Of a DNA stretch of 64,000 nt, positions 26,255 to 33,971 are shown piece by piece. Within the stretch, counting starts at the first letter, position 1, and each line of letters opens with the position of its first letter. The notes under the pieces are model-generated. The model had not been told where the DNA came from and did not search any database. It saw only the letters and a program-made list of their open reading frames with translations. The position numbers were made by a program, and so were the translations under genes. The stretch covers positions 826 to 64,825 of the forward strand of contig SCSV01000081.1 in assembly GCA_004297555.1 (NCBI GenBank), given 5' to 3'. Source of the DNA: Salinibacterium sp. (GTDB taxonomy: Bacteria > Actinomycetota > Actinomycetes > Actinomycetales > Microbacteriaceae).

Positions 26255-26904
26255 TCACTTACACTTCTTTGCCTCAAAAGTGCGACACCATGCCCAAATC
26301 AAAGAAGTCCAAATCGAAACCCAAAGAAGTGGGCCTTTCGTCGCACTCAGACCTCTCGCAGAGCCCACTTCGAGTCCAATGTTTCCCGCGAAGTTTCGCC
26401 AAAAAACGCCTTTTTCCGAGAATTTCCCGTAAACTCGACCCCGACTTACACCGGTATCGTCCGAGCGTGCGTGTCCTCCGTCCCATTTTCGACCACTCAA
26501 TACTTTCCACTTTACCCTCCCCGAGACCTCGTTTGGCGCGTCCTCTATACGCGCAAAACCGTTCGCCTTTTTGCAAATATTTCACTCTTGCATTCTCCGC
26601 CCATTCAAATATGGGCTTCCTCAGCGACTCATCTCCTACCATATATACGTTCCCGCCCTAATCAAGTTAGTAAACTACTCTCGTCATCTCCCCAGTATCC
26701 ATGCGGGTCTAGCCTCAAAGAGTTTTCCTAGAGGCTAAAATTTTAGCATTTCCCCGCCTCCGTCACTTTAGCTCTTATCATACTCTATGACCTAGACTTA
26801 CCCTCTCTCAGCCCCGGAAACTACGTCCTCAAATTCTGCCAGAAGAAGACGCGTCCAAACCGTCTAACCCCGCTCAGTTCCACGTCCAATCTAGCCCAGT
26901 TTCG

Positions 26905-26941
26905 CGAAAACCTTGACACGCGCCGAGCCTAACCCTATCTT
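26905..26941 (+). promoter_or_regulatory. Early promoter (family member)
   Basis: GAAAACC-TTGACA (26913-26918), 17 bp, TATCTT (26936-26941); ATG 6 nt later. Confidence 0.75.
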
Positions 26942-26947
26942 AGGCTC

Positions 26948-27598
26948 ATGCTTATCTACATCATTCAAGATCAAGGTCCACGGCTCCATGAGACCGACGA
27001 AACCGCACTTTTGCAGGCATGGCGTGAGACGCTCGGAGCAAAAATGGTGACGCTTCGGGAGGCCGTGCACCATCCCGCCTTGACCCCGTACTTCGGGCAG
27101 GCTCCTAACCTACGCAGTTTAGGGCACTTATTCCGACGCCTCTCGCTCCGTCACCTGATTTACCGTCACGGGCGCTCGAAGCCTATCCTGTGGAGCGCCG
27201 TTCCACTCTTCGAGTCGACCACGGCTAGCCTCGACCTTATCGCGTCGATCCTAGCCGTCCTAGGGCCCGTCCCGCGCTCTACCAGGTCGCTCCAAGGCGA
27301 GCCTAGCCTCTCCGCCCTATCCCGGCTCTCCACGCGCTCCGTGGGGAAGCTACTGGCCCGCCTAGCGTCCGACCCACAGTCAGGCATCATGCGGGCGCCC
27401 GTCAAGCGCTCCAACGTCATCCTCTGGTCGGCCTCACCCTACACTCGCCCGGTGCCGGTCCACTCTCCCGATCCAGCCTCCGCGCTCACCCTCGCTCCCG
27501 TCGACGTAGCGTCCGCCACGCGAGACGGCGATGACGCGGGCGCCACGCGTGAGGACGATGAGGCTATCGGCACGTCCGCCCTCGACTTCGACTTCTAA
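26948..27598 (+). CDS. Tandem winged-helix-like protein resembling the primase C-terminal domain; acidic DFDF tail
   Basis: Internal duplication RSLGHLFRRL/RSVGKLLARL and RSKPILWSAVP/RSNVILWSASP. Confidence 0.6.
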   Translation: MLIYIIQDQGPRLHETDETALLQAWRETLGAKMVTLREAVHHPALTPYFGQAPNLRSLGHLFRRLSLRHLIYRHGRSKPILWSAVPLFESTTASLDLIASILAVLGPVPRSTRSLQGEPSLSALSRLSTRSVGKLLARLASDPQSGIMRAPVKRSNVILWSASPYTRPVPVHSPDPASALTLAPVDVASATRDGDDAGATREDDEAIGTSALDFDF

Positions 27599-27847
27599 CG
27601 CCTCGCGCGTCCGCGCGTCTCGCGCCCGACGACCGGTGACGAGCACGAACCGCGGGAGCCATCCCGCCGACGTCGACACTCTCCCCGTGATCGCCGTCGC
27701 CCCATGCCATGGCTCGACCCGCACGCGCCGACCGCTCTCATACGCGGCCCGGACCGTCTCGTGAGCCTCCAGGAGCTCCGAGGGGTCGAACCGATGGCCC
27801 CAAACCATCGGGCCCCATCTCAGGCGACGAGCGAGACGCGTGCTCAA
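27434..27847 (-). CDS. Conserved phage hypothetical protein
   Basis: RFDPSEL...YESGRRVRV...GRVSTSAGWLPRFVLV pattern; coupled to upstream ORF. Confidence 0.55.
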   Translation of the reverse strand: MSTRLARRLRWGPMVWGHRFDPSELLEAHETVRAAYESGRRVRVEPWHGATAITGRVSTSAGWLPRFVLVTGRRARDARTREALEVEVEGGRADSLIVLTRGARVIAVSRGGRYVDGSEGERGGWIGRVDRHRASVG

Positions 27848-28116
27848 AGCGTCACACTGACACGGTCAAGGCCTTCGACACGCGTCCAGCGGACAAGCCT
27901 ATCGGTCCACGCGATGCGCACCTCCAGCGCTCCGTGACGCGTGCGTGCTCCGGTGACGCGTATAGGCCTGTCCATTGTCGACATGGTGTATAGAATGTGC
28001 CGACGAAGCGTGACGCTCCTGCCGTCCGCCAGCGCCCGATTGATCGCGCGCGCCGTCACTTCGTCACTTCCCAGCAGACGATCAGGCCTTGACGTGTAGT
28101 TGCGTAACCTTCGCAA
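27844..28116 (-). CDS. Early hypothetical protein
   Basis: Coupled ORF; start uncertain. Confidence 0.45.
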   Translation of the reverse strand: MRRLRNYTSRPDRLLGSDEVTARAINRALADGRSVTLRRHILYTMSTMDRPIRVTGARTRHGALEVRIAWTDRLVRWTRVEGLDRVSVTL

Positions 28117-28159
28117 GGTACGTCAAACTCGGCAATATGACAGACTGAGCATGCTAACC

Positions 28160-28444
28160 TCACGAGTCGACCTCATCAGCGACCTGTTTCTCAGTAAACA
28201 TCCAGCTTCCCCAGCCTTTAATTGTATTGGGCTCGCGAACGCCGACATACTCAACGTATTCCGCTAGAGCGCTCAGCTCCACGCATTGGCGCTCGTCATC
28301 CTGTTCTCCGCCGTCGCGCGTATACTCGACCTCACTTAGCAAGTCTTCGGAGATAGCGCCCGACGACATGAAAGAGTACATCTCGCTCGCTTGCCCGTTA
28401 TGCCACCAAGAGGCGATTGTATAGGCGCACGCGTGCGAGATCAC
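28160..28444 (-). CDS. Conserved phage hypothetical protein
   Basis: ISHACAYTIASWWHNGQASEMYSFMSSGAI; GTGA-coupled start. Confidence 0.6.
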   Translation of the reverse strand: MISHACAYTIASWWHNGQASEMYSFMSSGAISEDLLSEVEYTRDGGEQDDERQCVELSALAEYVEYVGVREPNTIKGWGSWMFTEKQVADEVDS

Positions 28445-28977
28445 TTCGGCACCATCACGAGTACGTCGGATGGGAAACAGTCCTCGACCGAGTCGTACTC
28501 TAGAGCATGCCACGGATTACCGTCCTCGTCGAGTCGATAGACTTTCCAAATTCGCCACGCGTAGCCGGGCCCGTCTCGGCCATCCTCAAGACACTCGCAC
28601 GTGTCGTCGCCGTGGAGACACTCGGGATATTCTCCGTTTGGGGTTTCGGCCGGTGGAGCCCCTAGACTAACAGTGATACCGTATTCTTCGTCGCCGTCGG
28701 GTCCGTCGAGATTATCGAGAACCCACTTGCGGACCCTAGGGTAGAACGCTACAAGCGCCGCAAGCTGCGCGAGTCGCCATGGGTCGTCTGTCGTCACGAC
28801 ATAGTCGGGGTGGAGCGTGTCGACTCCATCGTTACCGTCGCCGACAGACACACCATACCGCGGCAATACGGCATCGTTCGAATCGCCCCCCGCTTCGTCG
28901 AGGTTCGTGACGCTCAGTCTGTTAAATCCTCGCGAGCGTAGCAACGAGCGCTCGCGATCTGCTTCGGTTTTCTTCAT
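28441..28977 (-). CDS. Early acidic hypothetical protein
   Basis: Coupled ORF; Asp/Glu-rich. Confidence 0.6.
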   Translation of the reverse strand: MKKTEADRERSLLRSRGFNRLSVTNLDEAGGDSNDAVLPRYGVSVGDGNDGVDTLHPDYVVTTDDPWRLAQLAALVAFYPRVRKWVLDNLDGPDGDEEYGITVSLGAPPAETPNGEYPECLHGDDTCECLEDGRDGPGYAWRIWKVYRLDEDGNPWHALEYDSVEDCFPSDVLVMVPK

Positions 28978-29189
28978 GATTTCACCCTTTTGGCCTTCGG
29001 AACACGGACGAGTCTGCGTACTTCGCGGACCAGGACCATCGGCTCATCGTGGCACGTAAAAATCGCGTCCGAATCTTTCCAGAACGAATAATCTCCACGT
29101 GTCGCACTCGCGCGACTTTGACAGCTATGGCAAAATAGGAAAGCGCCGTTAGTCGGTTCCGGGAGATCCGGCCATGTGATACCGCTCAC
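28974..29189 (-). CDS. Small Zn-ribbon protein
   Basis: FCHSC...TCHDEPMVLV. Confidence 0.6.
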   Translation of the reverse strand: MSGITWPDLPEPTNGAFLFCHSCQSRASATRGDYSFWKDSDAIFTCHDEPMVLVREVRRLVRVPKAKRVKS

Positions 29190-29347
29190 GCCGCACGCTC
29201 CTTTCCGAGTTTCTTCATGATCTCCCTGACAAGTCCGCTCTCGCTCCGAAACGACCAGAGTGCCAAGCTAGGGCAGTGATACACGGTACCGTCTGACATG
29301 ATCTCATGTCCTCGGAGCGTGCCGACGACGTGGACGCGCGTGCTCAC
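29186..29347 (-). CDS. Small early hypothetical protein
   Basis: GTGA-coupled start. Confidence 0.45.
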   Translation of the reverse strand: MSTRVHVVGTLRGHEIMSDGTVYHCPSLALWSFRSESGLVREIMKKLGKERAA

Positions 29348-29490
29348 TTGACGGCTCCACTTCGGCCCGTATAGGCTCCGATGCGTGTCTCCGGGAGACT
29401 CTCCGCCTTGCTCCACTTCGTGACGCGCCCGATAATCGGGCGCCCGAACTTGCGCGGATTGTAGTGTGTGGTTTCGAGGGTGATTCGCAT
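29344..29490 (-). CDS. Small early hypothetical protein (48 aa, MRITLETTHYNPRKFGRP...)
   Basis: Read by hand; GGAGG RBS. Confidence 0.5.
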   Translation of the reverse strand: MRITLETTHYNPRKFGRPIIGRVTKWSKAESLPETRIGAYTGRSGAVK

Positions 29491-29541
29491 TTCGTGTTCC
29501 TCCAGATTAGGCGCAGCTTACCGTGCGCCTATCGCGCAGTC

Positions 29542-29739
29542 TCACGCCCGAAAATACCACTCTTCTTTGACCGCGAATCTTCCGACGTCCTCGCCGTCGC
29601 TGGTAAAAATTGTCTTGAAGAACGAGACGTCTTCTCCACTCTCGATCCTGTCGGCCGCGAGGCGAAGCGCGCGGACGAATTCGGCGGTCATGTCGGCCCC
29701 GTCCTCTAGGGCCATTTTTAGCAAGAGAGTCTTTTTCAT
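29542..29739 (-). CDS. Conserved small phage protein
   Basis: EFVRALRLAADRIESG...IFTSDGEDVGRF. Confidence 0.6.
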   Translation of the reverse strand: MKKTLLLKMALEDGADMTAEFVRALRLAADRIESGEDVSFFKTIFTSDGEDVGRFAVKEEWYFRA

Positions 29740-29740
29740 C

Positions 29741-29896
29741 TCACGCCACTTTCCGCGCCATCACGAACGGCGCTACGTATTCGACGTGCTCGATAAGATC
29801 CTGAGTCGCCTCGAACAGTTCCGAGAGTGCGAGCGCTCGTTCCGCGATTCCCTGAGAGACTTCCAGGAGCTCTTGCGTGTTCTGGTCGATCTTCAT
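29741..29896 (-). CDS. Small early protein (51 aa, MKIDQNTQELLEVSQ...)
   Basis: Read by hand; ATG 7 nt after the -10 box. Confidence 0.55.
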   Translation of the reverse strand: MKIDQNTQELLEVSQGIAERALALSELFEATQDLIEHVEYVAPFVMARKVA

Positions 29897-29903
29897 ACTC
29901 TCA

Positions 29904-29952
29904 ATCATAAGCCTGCCTCACGGTCTGTCAAGAGGTTTTTTCTACTATTTCA
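29904..29952 (-). promoter_or_regulatory. Early promoter (family member)
   Basis: TGAAATAGTAGAAAAAACCTC-TTGACA (29926-29931), 16 bp, TATGAT (29904-29909). Confidence 0.8.
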
Positions 29953-30274
29953 GGTATTTTTTAACGGTACGCTCGAAGGCCTGTGCCGTCCGATTCTCTC
30001 CGCACCATCGGAGCCTCTCAGCATACGCAGCCACATGCTCAGGGCACTCTCCGCAACGCGCCCTAGCGGTCTTCTTAATCCAGGCTGACACAGTCTCCCG
30101 TGCGTACCTGGTAGCTTCAGCCGTCCAGGAAGTGTCGAGCAAGGCGTGGCACTCGTCGCACGTGTCCGGACAATCTCCGCTCTCATCCCATGAGTACAAT
30201 GCCATCATTGTCTTGTCGTCGCCGTGGTCGGGACAGTAGAGCGTGGAGTCTCCCGCGTATGCGACGATTCTCAC
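29945..30274 (-). CDS. Early Zn-binding hypothetical protein
   Basis: LYCPDH...CPDTCDECHALL. Confidence 0.6.
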   Translation of the reverse strand: MRIVAYAGDSTLYCPDHGDDKTMMALYSWDESGDCPDTCDECHALLDTSWTAEATRYARETVSAWIKKTARARCGECPEHVAAYAERLRWCGENRTAQAFERTVKKYLK

Positions 30275-30474
30275 TCTTCACACTCGCACTGTTCCCGAGT
30301 CTGTTCCGGATACGATTCTGACCCCGCGTTGACGTATCCGCTCGTCAAGTAGTTCGCTTCGATCTTACTCACTTGCTTTTGCCTCCACAAAGAATATGTG
30401 TCGTGTCCTGGGTCAAAAGCTACACACTTCAGAAGTTTTCTTAAAATAGTTTCGGCTCAGAGAATGACCAGCTC

Positions 30475-30524
30475 GAAATAGTTGAGAAAACCCCTTGACA
30501 GGTGGAGCGGACGGGCCCTAGATT
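30475..30524 (+). promoter_or_regulatory. Early promoter (family member)
   Basis: GAAATAGTTGAGAAAACCCC-TTGACA (30495-30500), 18 bp, TAGATT (30519-30524); ATG 6 nt later. Confidence 0.8.
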
Positions 30525-30530
30525 CTTAAT

Positions 30531-30929
30531 ATGAGCGAGCGAGACACCAAGCTTGAATTGATCGACGATGTTGACGGGATGACGTATCGTGACGTGCTCG
30601 TGGATTTATGCCTGTCTCGTGCACGCGTCTTGACAAGCGCGGGCCGAAGCTCCATATTGCTAGAGCGTGTCGAGCTCCGGCCCGACGCGTGGTCGACCCG
30701 GAGCTCGCCCCCCACCCCGGGGGCCAGCTCACGGGCGCGCGCGAAACCGCGCGGCAGGACCCGGCCTGGGGGCGCCCTGAAAAGCGCGCGGCAGGACCCG
30801 GCCAAGGGGAGTTTTAAAAACCGCGCGGCAGGACCCGGTATAAAGGCTTTTCAAAAAGTGCGCGGCAGGACCCAGGGAAAACCTCTTGACAAACCTGTGG
30901 CGCCGGCCTATGTTCGAGTAGATGAATGA
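30531..30929 (+). CDS. Hypothetical protein; C-terminal half runs through the repeat array
   Basis: Plausible N-terminus after the promoter; low-complexity C-terminus. Confidence 0.4.
   Translation: MSERDTKLELIDDVDGMTYRDVLVDLCLSRARVLTSAGRSSILLERVELRPDAWSTRSSPPTPGASSRARAKPRGRTRPGGALKSARQDPAKGSFKNRAAGPGIKAFQKVRGRTQGKPLDKPVAPAYVRVDE
30749..30873. repeat. Four direct repeats GCGCGGCAGGACCC(GG), 37-bp period
   Basis: Copies start at 30749, 30786, 30823 and 30860, each preceded by an A-tract. Confidence 0.95.
30877..30914 (+). promoter_or_regulatory. Early promoter (family member)
   Basis: GAAAACCTC-TTGACA (30886-30891), 17 bp, TATGTT (30909-30914); ATG 7 nt later. Confidence 0.8.
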
Positions 30930-31266
30930 AACTCTGACCGGCCTCGCTCGCCCTTGGGGCAAACGTCGCGCCCTCGCGCGCCAGCTCAGCGGACCACCAC
31001 ACAATCTCACGCAGGAGCAGATCGCGGAACAGCTTGGCGTAACGCGCCAGCGTGTCGGGCAACTCCTAAAGGTAAAGCAGCAGCGCGCAGGAAGGCCCAG
31101 GACGCTGCGCACGCAACACAATCAGGTCTGCGGCAAGAAGATGTCGCCGAAGGTTGTTGCTGCTGTAAGACGCTTCTCTGGCGAGAAGGAAATCTCTCAC
31201 CTGGCCGCTCTCGAATACCTTGCGTCGGTCGGTGCTGCCAGTGTCTATCCAGAGGCAGGCACGTGA
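30922..31266 (+). CDS. HTH DNA-binding protein (sigma-70 region 4-like HTH)
   Basis: LTQEQIAEQLGVTRQRVGQLLK. Confidence 0.75.
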   Translation: MNETLTGLARPWGKRRALARQLSGPPHNLTQEQIAEQLGVTRQRVGQLLKVKQQRAGRPRTLRTQHNQVCGKKMSPKVVAAVRRFSGEKEISHLAALEYLASVGAASVYPEAGT

Positions 31267-31358
31267 GCCGCAGGCCAAGTGCTGCAGCATCGATCCTTGT
31301 AGCTATAGCAGCGACAGCGCTAGCTGTAGCGATCGTCTTCGGGGTGATGGGTTGGTAG
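31263..31358 (+). CDS. Small single-TM peptide (31 aa)
   Basis: GTGA-coupled start; ILVAIAATALAVAIVFGVMGW. Confidence 0.45.
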   Translation: MSRRPSAAASILVAIAATALAVAIVFGVMGW

Positions 31359-31423
31359 GCAGAGCATTGCTGCTTGGCCTTCTGCTACTTGCCAACGTGG
31401 CTGGTGCGCCACTTAGGAGAAAC

Positions 31424-31696
31424 ATGGCTTCCAAGGAAACGACCGCAAACATCTCTTACAACCAGCACTACAGCAAGTGGACATACAGCTTCCAGGACTC
31501 AACAGGAAGACATAGGTTCGGGGCTCTTCCTGGGATGTCAGACACGTCTCCGCAGACAGTCCTAGAAGAGTTCAAGACCCTACTGACGGTCGACGACCTG
31601 CACCACCTCGAGGAGATCGTGATCCTGATGCCACCGTGTCCTGAGGGCTGCATCGCGCCGCACACGTTGAAGATTGGGCCAACGGCGTTCAGATGA
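31424..31696 (+). CDS. Hypothetical protein
   Basis: AGGAG RBS before MASKET. Confidence 0.55.
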   Translation: MASKETTANISYNQHYSKWTYSFQDSTGRHRFGALPGMSDTSPQTVLEEFKTLLTVDDLHHLEEIVILMPPCPEGCIAPHTLKIGPTAFR

Positions 31697-32094
31697 CGAG
31701 CGTCTGGTGGATTGAGGACGGCGCGTACAGTAACTACGCCGTGCTAGGCGTCTTCTCGTCAGAGCAGAACGCACACACTGCGTTGCAGGAACTGCGCAGC
31801 AAAACAGCTGACATCGTCGAGGTAACGCTCGATGGTGGTATCGACATGCTGAAACAGGGTTTGCATATTTTCGTCGTCACAATGTGTCGCGACGGCAGTA
31901 TTGAGAGTCTCCTGCAGCCACACACATTCAACGTAGATGATGATGATGTGAAGCCGCACCTGTACAAGGACGCGCTGAGCGAAGGGTTCCTAATGCACAT
32001 CAACGTGTGGGCGAAGTCAGAGAAGCACGCCATCAAGGTAGCGAACGAGCACAGAACAATGCTCGTCGCCAGCGGAAAGTGGCCAGGCGCGTGA
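31693..32094 (+). CDS. Conserved phage protein (DUF7336-like N-terminus)
   Basis: VWWIEDGAYSNYAVLGVFSSEQNA. Confidence 0.6.
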   Translation: MTSVWWIEDGAYSNYAVLGVFSSEQNAHTALQELRSKTADIVEVTLDGGIDMLKQGLHIFVVTMCRDGSIESLLQPHTFNVDDDDVKPHLYKDALSEGFLMHINVWAKSEKHAIKVANEHRTMLVASGKWPGA

Positions 32095-32456
32095 AGAAAA
32101 AGCATGCCACTAGAGGCGCCACTTATTTAGGTAGCATTTGCCGGAGATGCGGCGCTGGTGTTCGGTATGTCAGTACTGGCAGGTGCGTCGGCTGCATGAA
32201 ATTGTGGGTTACTAAGTCGTTCTTGGTATCGACGTTACGTGCCCTAATGCGTGGGAAGCCATGTCATATTTGTCAACTTCCGATGACGCATCCATGCGCC
32301 GACCACGATTCAAGATTTAGTGATGTCCGTGGTTGGCTTTGTCATAAGTGTAATCGTGGCCTTGGACAATTTAACGATGACCAACGTCTAGTGCAGCTTG
32401 CCGCCAACTATTTGTTGATGCATCGGACCACTCACGCTTTCCGGGAATCAGCATGA
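32091..32456 (+). CDS. Endonuclease VII-type His-Me finger nuclease
   Basis: CHIC...CADHDS..SDVRGWLCHKCNRGLGQFNDD. Confidence 0.8.
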   Translation: MKKKHATRGATYLGSICRRCGAGVRYVSTGRCVGCMKLWVTKSFLVSTLRALMRGKPCHICQLPMTHPCADHDSRFSDVRGWLCHKCNRGLGQFNDDQRLVQLAANYLLMHRTTHAFRESA

Positions 32457-32659
32457 GTCCGGCCCACGCCCCAGACCCGTATCGGATCCCCTACACGCGC
32501 AAGACCGCAAGGCCTCGCAGCGCCCGCTATTACGGCTTCGCGCTGGACCCGAAGAATCTCCCACCCCTAAAGCCCTACCGGCCGGGACCAGACCCTGGCT
32601 TGCCGGATCCGAAGGACGAGCACGAGGACCTTCCCCTGAGAGACTGGAGTAAGCGATGA
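32453..32659 (+). CDS. Small Pro-rich protein with EHEDLPLRDW motif
   Basis: Coupled at both ends. Confidence 0.5.
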   Translation: MSPAHAPDPYRIPYTRKTARPRSARYYGFALDPKNLPPLKPYRPGPDPGLPDPKDEHEDLPLRDWSKR

Positions 32660-32997
32660 TCATCTACACCGATTGCACGTGTGGCCGCGGGAACCCGCGC
32701 GACGATGAGAACGATGCCGAGCTCATGGACCTAGGGCATTGCTGGCACGACGAGAATTGCCCGGTGATGGCGGAGTTTCTACGAAGAGAGGATGATCTCG
32801 ACCCACGACTCACATGCGAGATCACGGCTGTCGACGGTACGGATCGCTGCATGTTCATCATCACGCACGCCGAGCTCGGGAAGCTGTTGGGTGTCCAAGA
32901 CCCTGTCGCCGCAAAGATTTCCCTGGAACGCGCCGCGCGCTACGTCGGCCGCGCCCTCGCCGAGGGCAGGGCCGCACACGACTGGTGTGTCGGATGA
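32656..32997 (+). CDS. Hypothetical Cys/His protein
   Basis: CTC...HCWHDENCP; coupled ORF. Confidence 0.55.
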   Translation: MIIYTDCTCGRGNPRDDENDAELMDLGHCWHDENCPVMAEFLRREDDLDPRLTCEITAVDGTDRCMFIITHAELGKLLGVQDPVAAKISLERAARYVGRALAEGRAAHDWCVG

Positions 32998-33200
32998 GAG
33001 GTAAGCCCGTGCGGGACGCGAAGAGCCAAAACGCGCCCCCATGCGACAGGCTGTTCCGCGGAGAGCAGTGCGGCGCGCCTTCGGTGGGACGAGTCCGAAG
33101 CGCTCGCGGGCAGGAGTTCAATGTGTGTATTGTCCATAAGGGCCTGTGGGAGTCAAACCAGCGCGGACAGGCGACGCATCGCGGTCGTCTTGCTAGATGA
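32994..33200 (+). CDS. Small Zn-finger-like protein
   Basis: ATGA coupling; C..C...C..H. Confidence 0.45.
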   Translation: MRGKPVRDAKSQNAPPCDRLFRGEQCGAPSVGRVRSARGQEFNVCIVHKGLWESNQRGQATHRGRLAR

Positions 33201-33439
33201 ACGCTCAAAAGCGCCGAGTCCGAGCGATGCGTGCGACTCTGCCCGAGCGTGTTCGAAAGAGGACCCTGTTCGGTTTGCTTTGTACACCACGCAACTGGTG
33301 CCGCGCCCAATACACGCACGTAGGCAAAGTCACCACCACTATGGATCTGCCGCTCGATAAGATCGAGTTGCTGGATTGGGTTGGGACCAACGAGGAGGTG
33401 AGTTTCAATCTCATGGCCGACGGTACCTGGAGTTTGTGA
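33197..33439 (+). CDS. Hypothetical protein
   Basis: Coupled ORF. Confidence 0.55.
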   Translation: MNAQKRRVRAMRATLPERVRKRTLFGLLCTPRNWCRAQYTHVGKVTTTMDLPLDKIELLDWVGTNEEVSFNLMADGTWSL

Positions 33440-33666
33440 TGATCAAGCACCCGTGGCGTCGCGGCAAGGGCTCAAGCAACAAGGCTGGCGGCTCCCACTG
33501 CGAGCGCCTCCATCAATGGCCACGCTTCGCGACTGTCCACGAGCCAATCCCAGTTTTTATCCCCCCGATAGAGCATGAGGATGTTCCGCTCGGGCAGTGG
33601 GCGGCAACACCAGCAACTCCAATCCGACCATTCAAATTCGAGGAGGCCAGATGTCGGTCAAAATGA
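33439..33666 (+). CDS. Small protein with EHEDVPLGQW motif
   Basis: TGATG coupling; GGAG RBS. Confidence 0.5.
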   Translation: MIKHPWRRGKGSSNKAGGSHCERLHQWPRFATVHEPIPVFIPPIEHEDVPLGQWAATPATPIRPFKFEEARCRSK

Positions 33667-33971
33667 CGCTCCCGGCCGGCACCGAGCTCGAGCTTGAGTC
33701 TCCGGTAATCAACGATGGGGTACAACAGTATCTCAAAAAAGTAATCGGGCGCGGCGAGGCTCTGACTCCGGAATTCGCAGAGGCCTGCAGGCAAGAGCTG
33801 GTCGCGTTAAGGGTACGCCACGCCATCGCATGTGACAAGGTGCTCGGGCTCGAGAAGAAGATTGCGGACGCCAAGGCTCGTGTCGAAAGTCTCGAGCGGG
33901 AGATCGCTAACCAGCGCCGCACAGCAGACCCGGAGGACATACCCATCGGAAAATGGACGACGCGGACGTGA
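33651..33971 (+). CDS. Coiled-coil protein with PEDIPIGKW motif
   Basis: GAGGAGG RBS. Confidence 0.6.
   Translation: MSVKMTLPAGTELELESPVINDGVQQYLKKVIGRGEALTPEFAEACRQELVALRVRHAIACDKVLGLEKKIADAKARVESLEREIANQRRTADPEDIPIGKWTTRT

Noticed and set aside
26073-26661. ORFs across the intergenic region, including one with SDKNCRK repeats
   Set aside because: The peptide repeat is a by-product of the 21-bp DNA repeat; no RBS or coupling, and atypical composition.
29425-29443. Perfect hairpin GCGCCCGA-TAA-TCGGGCGC as an N4-type hairpin promoter or terminator
   Set aside because: Single copy inside a small CDS, no U-tract, and no virion RNA polymerase gene.
24337-30274. Restriction-site avoidance (GGCC/CCGG) in the early island
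   Set aside because: Sites look sparse near 24.4-25.0 kb but occur repeatedly at 28.5-29.7 kb; this cannot be claimed without counts.
30749-30873. 37-bp array as a mini CRISPR array
   Set aside because: The repeat is only 14-16 bp, the linkers are about 21 bp and resemble each other (A/T tracts), and no cas genes are present.
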